From the NCBI RefSeq assembly GCF_009834535.1, contig NC_045697.1, positions 116,748,001 through 116,812,000 on the forward strand: a stretch of DNA of 64,000 nt, in the 5' to 3' direction. Below, piece by piece: positions 25,701 to 40,255 of the stretch. The notes beneath the pieces were generated by a model. That model was not told the origin of the DNA, did not search any database, and saw only the letters and a program-made list of their open reading frames with translations. Within the stretch, counting starts at the first letter, position 1. Every line of letters starts with the position of its first letter. A program made the position numbers and the translations under genes. Source of the DNA: Camelus ferus (taxonomy: Eukaryota).

Positions 25701-27014
25701 CAAGGAAAGAATATTAGAATTGTTTTTGATATAAATAAACATTGTTTCTTGGTTTATAAATGATTAAATTATAGTCATACATTTAATATAATTAAAAAAC
25801 CTATTAAAGGAGACATTCCAATTTTGTGTCAATTTGATTTCTAATTAAGAAAATATCAAGCTCTAGTTTTAAAAGCTTTTCCCTTTGCATTTTGGAAAGT
25901 AAGTGATTTCAGAAGGGGCAAAAGAGCCTGGGTGGTGTTTTACAAAACTAGACAAATCTGGCAGAAAAAAAAAATGCAAAGATGTTTTCTATTATGACAG
26001 CCAGCGTCCAGTGAACATGTAGCTGTGACTCTGAGTCCCTGAGAAATTTAAAGAAATATACAGACTGTTCAGTGGGAAGACTGAAAGATTTTATTTGTCC
26101 CCAGAAAGCCCCATGTCATGGGAGTTGGGCCAAGTCCTAGTTTAATTCTGACTCAGACAGAGGGGCTTTCTCAAAGATTTTATGAGATAAAAATTTTAAA
26201 AAGTCCTTTCCCATGACACACCCGAACACGAACACCTAGAGTAGGAGGTGGGTGTGGAGGGGTACTTCTTAGAAGAGAACAGCCAAGCTAAGTCACAGCG
26301 TCACAGGCAGTTTGCTGTGCATCCCAATATGCAGACTCCATATTATCCAGTTTTAACATAAAGAAGCAGAAGGATTTTACAGATGAAAGACACGGGATGT
26401 CAGCAAGGATGCTCTAAAATAAATAGCTTGGAAAGCTGAAGAGACTAAAGAAATCTCATGCAAAGATGCTTGGCGTTCCAGTGCAGGGCAGGAGGAGCCA
26501 AGCTGTTCCCCACCATGGACAGGTGATCCGCATCCCCAGGTAGCAGCAGGACCCCGGAAGTGGTGCAAACACAGCATCACTCAATAGCTGAGCTGATTTT
26601 CTGTGGGGTAAGCCAGCTTGTCTGTTACATATAGTACACTCATGGCGAAATACTTTCCTCCCTTTAAAATGCCCTGTACCACACGTTTTGATGGGCAGAT
26701 TGCTGCTGTCAGAGGGTAATACGCACTGTCCCTCAGCCTTCTCACAAATTATGGTCTAGGGTTGGGTGCACGAGTGTACATACAGAATCCTACAGAAGAA
26801 GCAAAGGGAAAAGATGCAGAAAAGAGAGGAATATTAATAACACACAGGTAACGACTCTGTCCTGTAACAGAATCACACTGGTCTGTATAATGAGGTGACT
26901 AAGTAGGTGCTTAAAGCATTTTGCAGAGATCCCCTAAAGGAATCATCTGGAGATGTAGAAAGAAGCCCACATAATTTTCACCTTACATGCATGTTTTGTT
27001 TTATTTTAAGATTG

Positions 27015-27214
27015 CAGTTGACCCTGGAACAAGGTGGGGGCTATGGGGGCGCCGACCCAACACGCATTATAACATAGGGTCGTCCTCCGTATACCCGGGT
27101 TCTCACACCAGTGGATTCAGCCCATAGTGGGCCAGTGTCATATTTACCATTGAAAAATATCCGCAGATAAGTGGACGCAAGCAAGTCAAAACCGTGTTGT
27201 TCAGCAGTCAACCC
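27015..27214. mobile_element. MER8/Tigger2-derived element
   Basis: Terminal inverted repeats cagttgaccctggaacaa ... ttgttcagcagtcaacc. Confidence 0.75.
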
Positions 27215-28544
27215 TAATCCTTTTTTTAATTTGTTTTTTTGCTTAGTGTCATTTTTATTTTGAACTACATGTGGTAAGAAATCATAATCTTCAGATAGAA
27301 AGGGGGAAAAGAAAACGTTTATAGGTTGATAAAACCTAAACCAAAAAAGTTAATGGTGATGGAAGGTTTTACTCCATCGTAGCTGGTGACCTCAGTGTTT
27401 CCAGCCCCCATTAAAATCTTGTGCTTGATTTTGATTTAATTAATTGAACTTGATTTATGTTTTATCAAACAGTGTGTTTCCTTAAAAATGGAATCTACAC
27501 ACAAAGAGCACAAGAGGGTTACAATGAAAAGCAAGAGTCCGCTCTTCCTAGACCCTCAGTTCCCCGCCTGGAAGCTCGCTCTTCATGTAGCGTGGCAACT
27601 TTTACCTTTTCCTGCTTGAATCTAAATATCGTGGCTCTAGGCAGATTTTGCTCTGATTGCTTTCAGAGAGAATGTAAGTCAAGTCACTGGTCATGGTGAC
27701 CCTGAACATGTGACATTTATGCACATTTTGTTTTCTCTTTCATAACAACAGGTGTTGGAGACAATAAAAATTAAGTTGACTAGAATGTTTCATATTGAAT
27801 AACAGTCCACTTTTATGAGAACTGTATCCCGCCATGAATGTAAGCATTCTTAGAATGAAGGCTGGATTTTTTTTTTTTCTTTGAAGCAAACTGAGAAAAA
27901 AAGTATTTCCCAAGATCTTTGTCCCAATTGAAGGTTGGAGCACTGCATTTTTGGAGTTGTCTGTTAGCAGTACATGTGTAAAGCAAAGACTCTGTGCTCC
28001 ACACGTATTTTTGGAGTCCTTTGTTCCCATATTGATTTACTAAAAAAAAAAATATATATATATATATATGATTCTCAAGCTGAATTAAAACTTGAGAAAT
28101 TTGTAAATCCACTGAAATTTTTAATGCTTGATTAAAATAACAACTAGTAAGTATCTGGGCCCAGTCCTTGGACTTTTTTTGGCTTCATATCCTGAAGACT
28201 CTAAAAAGTATGCCTCTGTTCTCAGACTTTCCGAATCTCTTACATCTGACCATCTACACAGCATCTCTAGTTAGATGTCTAACGGGCATATTAAGATGTC
28301 CAACGGGCATATTAAGATGTCCAAAAGGGACTCTTAATTTTCCTTCCAAAATTCCTCTTCCAATTTTCTCCATTTTAATTTGTGGCAACACATCTCTCTG
28401 GATGCTGAAATCACAAGACTTCCTATCAACCTTGACTTACTTATCTTTTTCCTCATAAGGAAAAGTTGATCAAGAAACAACACTTAGCCTTCAAAACACA
28501 TCTTGTAGTGCAGGGTTTCACCTCTCATGGTGCAGTGTTTCACC

Positions 28545-29015
28545 AGTACGATCCAACAAGCTCACTCCTAGGTATTTACGTAAGTGATATGAAGATATCT
28601 GTCCACGCTAACACTTATATGCAAATAATCCAAATTTCATAGAAGCTTTATTCATAATATTCATAATAGTTCCAAACTGGATGTTACCCAAATGTTTATC
28701 CACTGGGGAATGGTTAAACAAATGCAATAAATCCATATAATGGAATATTACTCAGCAATAAAAAGGAACAAACTATTGATACATTTAGCAACATATATGA
28801 ATCTCAAAAATATTATAATCAGCAAAAAAAAAAAAAGCTAGAGACGGAAGACTATGACTCTGTGGTTTCAAGTACATGACATTTTGGAAGAGGCATTACC
28901 GTGGTGATGGGAAGCAGATCAGTAGATGGTTACCAGGGTTTGGGGAGGAGGGAGGGGATTAACTGTCAAGTGGCTCAAGGGAACTCCTTTGTGGTGATGG
29001 AAATTTATTTTATGT
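28545..29015 (+). mobile_element. Old L1M 3' end
   Basis: atggaatattactcagcaataaaaaggaacaaactattgatac...gaagcagatcagtagatggttaccaggg. Confidence 0.8.
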
Positions 29016-30034
29016 ACATTTGGTCAAAAGATAGCCTCCTTAGTTCAAAGAGGAAACACTTATTTTTAATGTATTATGAACTGAGGAATGTGCTCTCACA
29101 TATTCCCTTTACTTTAAAAATATTTCTCAGTGAAGTTTATATCCCTTGTGGTCCTTAAAGTATGTAAGTAATTTTCATGTAATGATCGATACTTTAGAAA
29201 GAGAGGCATTCAAGGATGTAGACAATAATCACAGTGGAACTAAGATTCTCCCCATCCATAACTATAATTTTAATTTTGCTTAATTTATTCTGCCTGAAAT
29301 CTGGTTTCTCAGAAAAGGGAAGCTATCAAAAGTTTTATTCTTTCCATCTTGAACTTACAGTTTTCTCATTTAAAGTCAAATATTTACTGTATAATAATAT
29401 AGAAAAAAGGAAATGAGAGATGGGGGAGGCTTTGTCAGGCATTAGCATTTGCATCAACAACTACTCTGTACCATAATAAATGTTAGCGTGCCTCAGAAAA
29501 AGTAAAGTACAATCAGATGTCAAGTAAAAATGCACTTCAACATTCCCATCCAAATAATCATATTATTCCTTAATTACTAACTTTGGAAGAGTACTCAATT
29601 AAATTAAATCTCCATAAAGTTAAAAACAATTTTTATTGAAGGATACCATAATAGAGAAAAGTGCACTGATCCTAAGTGTATACAGATGGATGAGTTTTCA
29701 GAAAATAACCAAACTTGTAAACCACACTAGGATCAGGAAACATACGTATTTTTTGATCATTTTATTTTGGGGTTTCTTGTCCTCTTTTTCTAAATGATTT
29801 TAGGAGTTCTGAATATGAGACCCTTGTTGTAATAGGTACTGCAGATATCTTATCCTACTTTCCATAAGACTCTGTGTTTGAAAGAATTTTCAGAAAAACT
29901 TGATTTCTCATGTGTTGGAATGCAGCTCATTACTTAACAGCTATTAGATCATCTCTGATATTTCAGTGTGAAAGCAGCCATAAACAGTATATAAACAAGT
30001 GGATGTGACCAGACTTAGCCAGCAGACCAAAGCA

Positions 30035-30390
30035 AGACAGGGGAAAAACAAGAGTAATTTGTAGATACAATCTCGAATATTTGAGTGTTACATTAACTAT
30101 AAATGGACCAAATACTTCAATTAAAACTATTTCCAATTTCTCTAGTCTAGGGAAAACACACTAGAACTAAGATGGTCAGACTGTATTAAAAAGAAGCTAA
30201 CAAGTAATTCACCTTAAATACAAGGCTCAGAAATGTTGAAAACAAAAGGATAGAAAATCACTCCATGCAAACACCAACAAAAAAGAATGCTTTCAGAATA
30301 ATGACAAACACGGTAGACATTAAGGCAAAAATTATTACTAAAAATAAAGAGGGGTATTTTAAACAATGAAAGACACCAACCACCAGAGGC
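30035..30390 (+). mobile_element. Old L1 ORF2 5' (endonuclease) fragment
   Basis: ataaatggaccaaatacttcaattaaaa...ccatgcaaacaccaacaaaaaag. Confidence 0.7.
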
Positions 30391-32828
30391 TGCTGGCCAC
30401 CCTGTGGACGGGCTGTCTCTGGGTCAGAGGTCTACCCTGCTCCAGGCAGCTGTGATCCAGGTACGTGTCCTGAGCTGGAGAGGCCTGTCAGTGGAGCAGG
30501 CATGCTGTGGCTTCTCTAGACAGGTGAGTGCCATCTGCCAGCAGCTTGTTTTGTCTGTGCAGCGCAGTCAATGAGCTCACCTAGCGAATGTTAAGGGACA
30601 AAGCTCTAAACAGACCAGAGGGCAAAGTGAATCTCAATACAGTATTTCTTGCATTTTAGAGTTCCTATACACTTTCAAAACATGTCTTGTAAATATAAAA
30701 TTTTTATAGTATATGAAAGCTGGGACTCACCGATGTCACATTTGTCTTCCCTGCAGACCATTCTGTATTGACTAATCCACAGCTGCAACTGGTACCTGGC
30801 CTTAGTCAAAATTCTAAAACTTTAGGATAAAATGGCTCACATGTGACTAAATAAGCTTGAGTCCAAACACTCATTTATTTAAAGTTTAATAGTTAGAATT
30901 AACTTTTTGTAGAAAAAGCAATTCAGGAGGATCACCTGACATTGCTTTTGCTTAGCAAATTATCTACTGCATTACTGATTTTGCACTGGCTGGAGAAAAC
31001 ACCTTCAAAACAAAGGGAAGAAAATAATTCATTTTTCTTATACTTTATTTCAATTTTCTTCTTTATTGTATATACTGAATATTCTAGGGTGCAGCTAGAA
31101 TAAAAACATCACAGCTATTCAAGGAAAAAGTAGGTGATGCAAATAAATACAGTTTGTTTCTGAAAGTCTATACATCCCAACTGTTGTAATTAAGAATAAA
31201 GGAAACGTCACATCGGTATTAGAAAATGTCCTGGATAGAATTAAAATTGGGGGATTTTAAAATCTCAACCTTCTCATTAACTGATGATTAGAATAAGATA
31301 CACTTGTCATTTGGCAAACTATTCGAACCTCAACTGACTTTACTCAATAATAAACATTTCATGGTATTGCAGGTGACAAAGCCTGCAGTGTGGATCATCG
31401 CTAAAAGAGGTAGTCACTTTAAAACTTTATTGAAGATGGACTTTCAGCTTTGATCTATAAGAGGGTTATAGTCTACCTTAAGAAGAAATACACCATATAC
31501 AAATTTGGTGCTAAGCTGTGGCCAGCTCTGCAAAACAGTTCATCATTCCAGCTCAACTATACAGTGTAGCCCCAGCTTGGAGTTCTGCCACCAATAAAGC
31601 AAATTATCCGCTATGCAATCCAAACTCTGAAGTGTGCTACCTGACTCTTGAGGGAGTGATAGAGATGCTGTGGCTCTTCACAAGGGCCTCCTCAAGGATG
31701 CCGTAGGCTGTCCTGATGCACTTGTTTGCCGGATGAGGAAGCTGACTTCCATCATGAAAGAGTACTGGGTGTAGGACCGAGGCAGGTTGCAGCCTGAAGA
31801 CACACTGAGGCGGAACAATAACAAAAACTGACAGCAGAGCTTCATCTATGACGCACTGATTCCGCAGTGCTTTGGTGTGTAAGTTTAAGTCTTCTGCATT
31901 CATTTTTTTATTGTACCAAGTTTTGTGATTTTGTGAAATTAGCCAAGACATAAAGACCCTTTACTTGTAGACTAGAACAGCATTGACAAACATACCTGCA
32001 TCATCAAAGCTGATGTATATTTAGGGGGAAAGTTTGGTTTGACCGCTGAGGTAAACCATTCTAGGCTGGAATCTGTTAGTGACACTGTGACCAGTCCAGT
32101 CACATTCACCTATGTTGTCCTTTATGACACCAGACAGAAGCGGGGTCAGCTCCAGGGATTCCCCTGTATCTTCCAGCAACAAAGCCTGGAGATGAGCCTG
32201 GGGCATTGCTCCGTTTTGTGCAATCTAAACACACGTATATGTTATGGCTCACACTTGTTAGCACCAGACTGAGGCAATTCACCAGGAATTGCTTACCAGT
32301 GTTCAAAAGTCCCAATAAACCAAACTAAATAAGAGATTAAGGGCATTCCAAAGTCTGGTGACTTGATAAAATGGACCAAGTTGCTCAAGGACTTTTAACT
32401 ACAATGTTTATGTATTGTAAAAAGGGTTATTTAGTGATGACATAATCAAGGAAGGGGGAAAGCTACAGAAAGTTAATACAGTCACCTTGAGTGACATCTC
32501 TGGCAGGGCAAACCCAGAGCCCTCTAATGAGCTATGATGAAATAGCAGATGCACCATTTGCGGGCATTCTGAGGCATATTTAACCGTAAGGAAAAGGCAA
32601 CAAGAATTGTCTTGCTTCAGCTTACATTTAAAGAGTAATGAAAGACGCAGTGATGAAGTAATACTTGCTCCTTCTTTCTGGTACTTATCAGATAACACCA
32701 TGGCAGACCCTCTTCCTGTTTGGAGGATGGTGCTGTTTGGTAAGTACTGAAAAGGAGGGAGCAGGCATGACTTTGCCCTGTTCATTCAACTCCAGGTGAC
32801 TGTGCAGGAAAGAAAGTTGGTGTAGTTT

Positions 32829-33396
32829 TGTTAGAGCAGGCGGATAGCTAGATACAAGCAGAGAAAGGGGGCATGGGCCAAATGGCAGGAAACCACACAT
32901 CTTATGAACAACGGGCATCCTTGGGCAGACAGAGGAAAGCAGGAACTACCAGACTGATAAGATACCACACATTTTGGGGAGACAAATGTCCTGAAAACCG
33001 ACAAAGAAAAGTGGGAAAAGGCAGGAATCTCCAGTGTCTGAATGTAAATTCTTGCTCATTATGCCCTCATTTCAATAAAATTAGCCTTTCAGATTAGAAG
33101 TACCCCTCATGCACCAATGCCATGACACTTCTGATCCAGACTAAATAAGGACAAAAATCCTTTCTCCTCACAGAAATGTGGAGCTGGGATGAAAATCAGG
33201 AAATATGACCCCAAACCCATCCCTCTCCAGTGAATATTCTGCTGACTCATTTTTACACCCTATGTAACCAGCTTGTCAAGGAAACCCAGGGCAGCTGCTC
33301 ACCTGAGTCTCCCTTGAGAGCATCCTATCACCTAATAATAAATTCTCATCTCTGAATTCTTTCTGCAACAAGACAAGAACCTACTCTCTGGTAGCA
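32829..33396 (+). mobile_element. ERV1-class solo LTR (MER50-like start)
   Basis: TG...CA ends, perfect 4-bp TSD gttt, AATAAA near the 3' end. Confidence 0.85.
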
Positions 33397-33659
33397 GTTT
33401 GAGATTAGGGAATAAAACAAAAGCAAATTGACTCATGTGGGATTGAATCCATGATTTAGACTCAGAACAGTGCACCCCAAATTAGTGACTGCAGCCTTGG
33501 TAAAGCACGACTGAATTTCTATTGAATCCCACAGTCAGTTAGGGTTCAGTGGAGATGGAGCAAAAGTGTATGGACACTGCCACCTCCAGCACCACATTCT
33601 AGTGATTATTTAGTAATTTTAACGAGTGAAAGAGGACAATCTAACATTTGCAGAAAAGC

Positions 33660-33830
33660 AGGCACCAGATATATTTTCCCTCCATTCTGTGGTGTAGCCA
33701 ATAATGCCCCCATTTTTGTTAATGAGGAGACTGAGATATAGAGAGCTAAAGCAATTTGCCAAAGGTTATGCTTCAGGTCAGTGACAAAGCTGGGATTTAA
33801 ACTTGGGTCTGTCTCCAAATATTTACATGT
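33660..33830 (-). mobile_element. MIR SINE
   Basis: cccatttttgttaatgaggagactgag...gctgggatttaaacttgggtctgtctcc. Confidence 0.75.
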
Positions 33831-34194
33831 TATTCTAGACTAAGAGCGGCCACCAGGATCACCTTTGGAAATTTAAGAAATACACATGCCTCATAAGTTC
33901 CTTTATGGATTTGAGAGGAAAGGAAGGGAACAATTGATAAAACTTAAATATGGACTAAGGATTGGAAAACAGCAATGTATCAATATTAAATTTCCTAATT
34001 TTGGTAACCGTACTGTGATTCCAAAAGATAATGCCTTTGTTTTTAGAAAATAAACACAAGTTTATATATCTTCGTATGTGCATAGATATTCTATATCTTT
34101 GTAGAGATAAATACATAGATAGGAAGAATGATAAAATAAATGGGGCAAAATGTAAATAATTGGTGACTCTGGGTACAGAACTGCATTTTGCAAA

Positions 34195-34565
34195 AATGCT
34201 GACAATACTACCTCTCATTCCCTAGTTCTTTCACCGGTACAAGTGCTTTATTTTCCCCCTCTGAGTTTGGGGTGGGGCATGTCTGAGGCGGAAGTGATGC
34301 TACAGGACTTTCCAGGCTGGATAATAAAGGCGGTACAGCTGCTGTGCAGCTCACTCCTGGAGCCCACCACGCTCAGAGGGGGCTCACGCAGGTCTCAGCC
34401 CAGCTGGGCACTGAGCTCAGAGGGGCACTAACCTGCCAGCCCAGGGAGGCCCCATCCTGGAGTCAGGGCCAGTGGGGTCAGGGCCGTTGCTGCTGCTGCT
34501 GCCTGGAGCAAAGCCACACCTTCTCTCTGAGCCGCGCCCAAAATACAGATCCTGAGCTAACAGAA
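34195..34565 (+). mobile_element. MLT1 (MaLR) LTR, degenerate
   Basis: gcggaagtgatgc...gacttccaggct...cagatcctgagcta. Confidence 0.55.
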
Positions 34566-35386
34566 CAGATACTCAGAACTCTGGGCAAAGAATGGGGGGG
34601 GGGGGCAGTTGCTCTTTCTTACAGGTTTCAAACGACATGGAAATGGAAAATTCAAGGACACACACTGTCAACCGAGGGGGGCTGACGTGGGATTCTAGAA
34701 GGTGAGCGGCCCAAATGAAAAAATGCGCGAGGAGTTGCCATACCGCCGGACAGACTTCAGCAGGAGACACCACGGGGTTAACAATGCTTTATTCTATTGC
34801 CACAGGGAGGTGCGTGCACCTACGATGCACCTGTCCTGCTTTTTATCTGTTCTCTGCCAGCACATGTACAATGTGAATTTCTTTGTTCTTGAGGCTTACA
34901 GAATATCTCTAGTGCATGCGTACTTCTGTTTTCTTTGTTCTAAATCTTATATAATTCATGCATACGTACAGTCATTATTTACTGCATACTGCAAACATGC
35001 TCTCATCATGGCCTTTGGTCCCACGGCCTTAACTCATCTCAAGGCCAGCTCACACACGCCCAGACCCTACTGTCAGAGCCTGATTTAGTACAGGTGGGCA
35101 TGTGGACCCTGAAACAACAAGAGAAATCAGAAACAAAACAAAAAGACTTCTTGGGAGATTCTGATATATCTCTTTGTTTATAAATCCCCTGTTCAGTCAA
35201 AAAGAAATGAATTGATGATTACTATAAACAATTATGTTTCAATATTATGTCAAATGAAGTTATGCTGGATTACTTAAGATATTCAATAAATTAATAACAT
35301 ATATAGATGAGTGAATTTTTAAGTTATCATCTGAAGTCTTTTTTAAAAACATGATATTTCTTTCATTATTTGAGGTTTAAAGCCAT

Positions 35387-35537
35387 TTTTTTTTGGTAGG
35401 GGAAGATAATCAGGTTTTTATGTTGTTGTTTTGTTTTTGTTTTTGTTGTTGTTTCTTTAAATGGAGGTACTGGGGGTCGAACCCCGGACCTCATGCATAT
35501 TAGGCATGCACTCTGCCACTGAGCTGTACCCTCCCCC
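35387..35537 (-). mobile_element. tRNA-derived SINE, vic-1-like
   Basis: ggaggtactgggggtcgaaccccggacc...ccactgagctgtaccctccccc; TSD taaagmcatt. Confidence 0.9.
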
Positions 35538-38500
35538 TAAAGACATTCTAATGTGACTTTTTAGGTTCTTTCCAGTCTGTGTTTTCTCTTGTATGGATAC
35601 TGGACTGTGGATTTTTTTTCCTATTCTACATGTGAAACTGGCATACTGAACACCTTTGTGGTGAAAATTTGGAGCACATGGGTCATGTTCTTGCTGTAGA
35701 CCCGGCCTCTAAGAAAGGTGACTAGCCATCCAAACAGCGTGTCCAATTTTGGGATGTCTATGGATCAAGGCCAGCATCCAAGTGGTTGGGCTTCTCAACT
35801 GTACCTCGATTATCCTCCTGAGAAAGGGGTAAGGGTTGTGCCATGTTGCACTGACCAGGGACCCCCACCAGTGGATGAGGTAGATATTTGAGGCCCTTGA
35901 CTGAAGAAACATGTCAGGAGCCCAGACAAAGCCAAATGAAGCAGGCATCCCGCCTGGTCTAGATGCGAGCAGATCCTGGAAGCAGGTGCAGGAGCCCCTT
36001 TACATTGGCCAAGGGAGCCGTTCACATCAAGCTCCAGGCTGTCCAACTCCACCCGTTAGTAGGGGCTGGGATCCCACATCCTGTCCGAGGGATTCATCTC
36101 CACTGTAGGGTCTGTAGTGTCTCCTCTTTGGTAATGATACCACCGCCTGCCCTGTAGTTCAAGCCAATATCTGAAGGGAAAACCCAGATTTCTCTTCTGT
36201 TCTTCACTTCCAGAGCAAAATTCCAAGTCCTTTGGTCTTCCCGGAGAACACTGGGTTCACCAGATGAATCAGAGTGTGAAGAATGTGTGAGAATTTAGGG
36301 AACACTGTGTGCTGATGTGTGTTTTCGCAGTGGGCATTCCAGGGTTGTGAGGCATTTGAGGTGAAGATACTCCGTGCTCATGTGGGTCAGAGCTGCCTTA
36401 ATGAGAACACTTGTGCATTCTCACAACTGTGAAGTTTCCTTCCCCTTCATTTCGGTGCCCAATAATACTCCTGTACATGTATTCAGTTTTTTGATGTTCA
36501 CAGGGTATTAATATGTTGGATCACTATGTACATTTAAGGTCATAAACAGCATTTATTACCTTGGTTTAAAAAAAGTTTCACCTTCATTCCCACTCTCAGT
36601 GCCCTGGGTGAGGCCTTTGTGGTCTGATTACACGTGCTGCACCGTTACAGTGGCTTCTAACTGGTGTCTTGGCCTCAAGCTGCGGGCTCATTCTGATTCA
36701 CCCATCCTTCTTCCCTGACTGCAATGTTTAATGCAGTTAAACTTTTGTATTCTGCTCTTGATCAAAGTTTTCCAGTGTTTTCCCCATGCAGGTTGAATTT
36801 CACGTCTTTAGGACTCAGGTGGCCCTTCCCAGTATGACTCTTGCCAGTCCTGCTTTCGAATGTAATGTTTCATCTCCAGTCTTCCTGAATTCACCACGCT
36901 CTCTCACTCTGCTGTACCTCTGGACAGGCTCTTCTCGGTCAAGATGCCCTCTCTCTATTTGCATCCTGCCTGCCCAGCAATCTCCTGTCAGTGCTTCAAG
37001 ACTCAACCCAAATACCGTCTTCCATGTGCAGCTGTCAGCGAACTTCTGCAGAACTTTGATCTCATCTCCCTTCCAGCTTTTATCATATTCATCCGACAGT
37101 CCGTATAGTTTATATATAAACGTATTGAGCATTTATATATATATAGTATATATAGTTTACATATAAAGTATATTGAACATTTACTGTATGCCTGGCAGTA
37201 TTTCAGACACCAGGGAGAAAGAATGAAATAAAACATATCAATTGATAAGTTCCTGGCCTTGAGTTGCTGAATGACACTTGCAGTTGTTAATTTGCTCTCT
37301 ATCTCCTCTCTGGTCAGTATACACACCTGAGACCTTGTCTGAATTATCTTTGTATCCTGTCCATCAAGCACCGTGTCTGGCCCATAGCAGGAACTGGACA
37401 ACAATTTACAAGTGACTACTGAATGAATAACCTGGTGCTAGTTTCCAAAGGAGAAGCTGAATCAAGGAGAAATGTAATAGGTGTCAAAGGGCGGATTCTT
37501 TTCCGAAATCCTTATTTCGAAGATTTCCTTTTAACACAAAGGGAATGAAATATTCCAATGATCCTGTACCCTAAGCCAACCTCTACATGATGGTTTTCTT
37601 TCTTTCTTTGTATTTGTATTATTTTATGTCCTCTCCTGAGTAATTCATACATCGTGCTGCCGTTTCTAGGAAGATATATAACTTCTAAGCATTGACGGTC
37701 CCAGGACAATAACGAAGGAACAAATTCCATCGTGCTTGCCTTCAAACCCTCCTTTATCCCAGGGAAGTGCTCCTTCCTCCATAGTTAAACTCCCTTTCAG
37801 GGAAGGCTCTGATGTCATGGTATCAGGGGATTATTTACACCCCAGAATATGTGAATATGAATCTACTGGATTTGTCTTGATGCTAGTGGATGAATGGTAA
37901 GCTCTGATGCTGAGATAATTTCAACTAGTGGAATGTATATTTTTGATTCTAAGAACTCCCCCCACCTCCCTGAAATCACGAAAGAGAAATGCTTACATGT
38001 GTATTCTTAGGACCTGTCTGCTATTTGTTTTTAGTGGTCCCCTTGGCAATTTTGAATATGAGTTGGTGGCTGGCAGTACTTAAAAAGTAAAGAACTGAAA
38101 AAGTGTGTTTTATCCCAATGCTAAAACACACGGACATACAGACGCGGAGACTGGAGGTTTGAGTGGAATCAGCACGTAGCCGCTCGAGGAGAAAAGCTGG
38201 CAGTGGTCACGGAAATAGTTACTATAATGGCCTCTTTCTAGGAAGATGCCCTCAGGTTTGATTTGCTGAAATGATTCTAAGTATCTTTGGAGCAGAGAGA
38301 GTCCGTCTCTCCTTGAGCAAAATTACTGTGGGTTTATTGTTTCAAAGTTTTCAGCTATAATGGTTCTATCCAGGACAGAACTGCTTGAAAGGAACAGCCA
38401 TAAAACCCCTCCAGTGCTTTTACTTTGTAATGCAGTTTTGTCCCGTTCAATCCACTGAACTGTGGCCGATGACAGACACCATTACAGAGTTTCTGCCCTA

Positions 38501-38763
38501 TGAAACAAGAGACATTAAAATTCTGTCTCTTGCGTTCCCGTTTTCTTATGTTTCCATGTTAGGAATATTTTTTCTTCTTTGAGTCCTCTATGTTTTATCA
38601 GAAACAAGGACGCTGATTTCAAATGCTGAAAAGGACAGAAAGGATGTCTCTTCTGGGCTCAGTGGATGCAGTCCTGCTGGGAACATTGGGATGGTGCCTG
38701 GAATCAATTCATCGATGCAGCCAGCTTGCAGTTATTATGTGAGAGGCAAGTTCAATGTCCTGC

Positions 38764-39409
38764 TGTTGCCGGTAGATGTAGCCGGTGTCCAGGGTTTTGT
38801 CCCGTCTCAGAAAGAATTCAAAGACGAGACACAGAGGGTAAGAAGGTAAATTGGGGATTTTAAGGGATGGATAGGACCCTCTCAAGGGGAGAGACCTTAG
38901 GTGAGCAGTGGCCCTGAGTTTCTTTACAAGTTGGTTACATAGGATGTAAAAGTGAATGGTGGAATAGTAACTGGGGAGGGAAAGATCTGGGGTCATATTC
39001 CCTGATGTCCATCCCAGCTCCACCTTCCCGAGGGGAGTAGGGACTTTGTCCTTATTTAGTCTGGACTGGAAGTCTCATGGTATCAGTGCATGATGGGGAC
39101 TTTTTATCTGCAAGGCTAATTTTATTGAAATGAGGGCATAATGAGATAAAGGTTACATTCAGACACTGGAGATTCTTGACTTTTCTCACCTTTCTTCGTC
39201 AGCCTCCAAGGCCCTTGCCTCCCCAAAATGTGTGATTTCTTATCAGCCCAGAGGTTCCTGCTTTTCTTTCTCTGTCCAGAGACCCCTGGTGCTTACATGA
39301 TGTAGGGTTTCCTGCATTTGGCCTGTGCCCCTCCTTTCTGCCCAATTCCTGCCATTTGGGCTGCATCTCCTATTCTCTGCTCACATCTAGCTGTCTGCCT
39401 GCTCTGACA
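38764..39409 (-). mobile_element. ERV1-class solo LTR, same family as 32829-33396
   Basis: tgttg...tgaca ends; long direct similarity to 47730-48193. Confidence 0.8.
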
Positions 39410-39729
39410 CTATGACCTTAAGAGGAAGTGGGAACTGATGTCACACATTCAGTCATTCATTCCACCAGCGTGTGTGGAGTGAACACCAGTGATGTATGTG
39501 TAGGCTCTCCATTAGCTTCTAGACATTCAATGGGAGACAAAATAGTCTAATTCCTAGCTTCTTGGGGCTTCCAGGGAGAAGGCAGATATTAAAAAAAAAA
39601 AAAAAGAACCTCACCAACAGGTAAAAAACCTATGTTCTAATAAATGCTGTGAAGAAGCTACAAGTGTAAAAACATTAGAAGTGATTCTCATTTATATCAG
39701 GATCACATAAATATGATCATGGAAATGTC

Positions 39730-40255
39730 TTCTTTAAAACCCCCAGGTGACTCGCTGCCACACTTAAAATCAAGTCCAAGATGCTGATGGATGCATGCAA
39801 GGCCCCCTGGCTCTGCGGCAGCTCACCTGCCCAGCCTCCCCCCTTGCTCACGCTCTCGACGCGCCTGGGTCCTCTGTCTGCCCTCAACTTTCCAGGCTGG
39901 TTCCTGCTCAGGGCCTCTGCTCCTGTGGTCCTCTCTGCCAGGATGCTCTTCCGTGGATTTTTCATGGCTGGCCTCTTCTTGACAAGCAGGTCTCAGCACA
40001 GTAGCTCCTCTGTGGAAAGTTCTTCCCTGATTACTTGGTTTGAATGGCCCCTTATCCACCTATCTTTTCACCATCAAATTTCCTGTTTGATTTTCGGACT
40101 ATTGGACATTCTTGTTTGTGTGTGTGTGTGTGTGTGCGCGCACGCTCCTTTGTTGTTTATTTTCTGTCCCTTCTGCTGGAAGGTATCCTCCAGAAGACTA
40201 AGTATGAGACCACAACACTGACCCCAGAACCTGGAATCATGTTTGGTATGTGAAA
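39730..40255 (+). mobile_element. L2 3' fragment with (GT)n at 40117-40136
   Basis: cagggcctctgctcctgtggtcctctctgccaggatgctcttcc. Confidence 0.6.

Noticed and set aside
28272..28322. 20-bp tandem duplication (agatgtcyaacgggcatatta)
   Set aside because: A two-copy slippage inside an L2-like remnant, with no sign of function.
31600..32800. Endogenous virus (parvovirus, bornavirus or ERV env) candidate
   Set aside because: No Walker-A, capsid or env immunosuppressive-domain motifs were recognisable in the frames I read.
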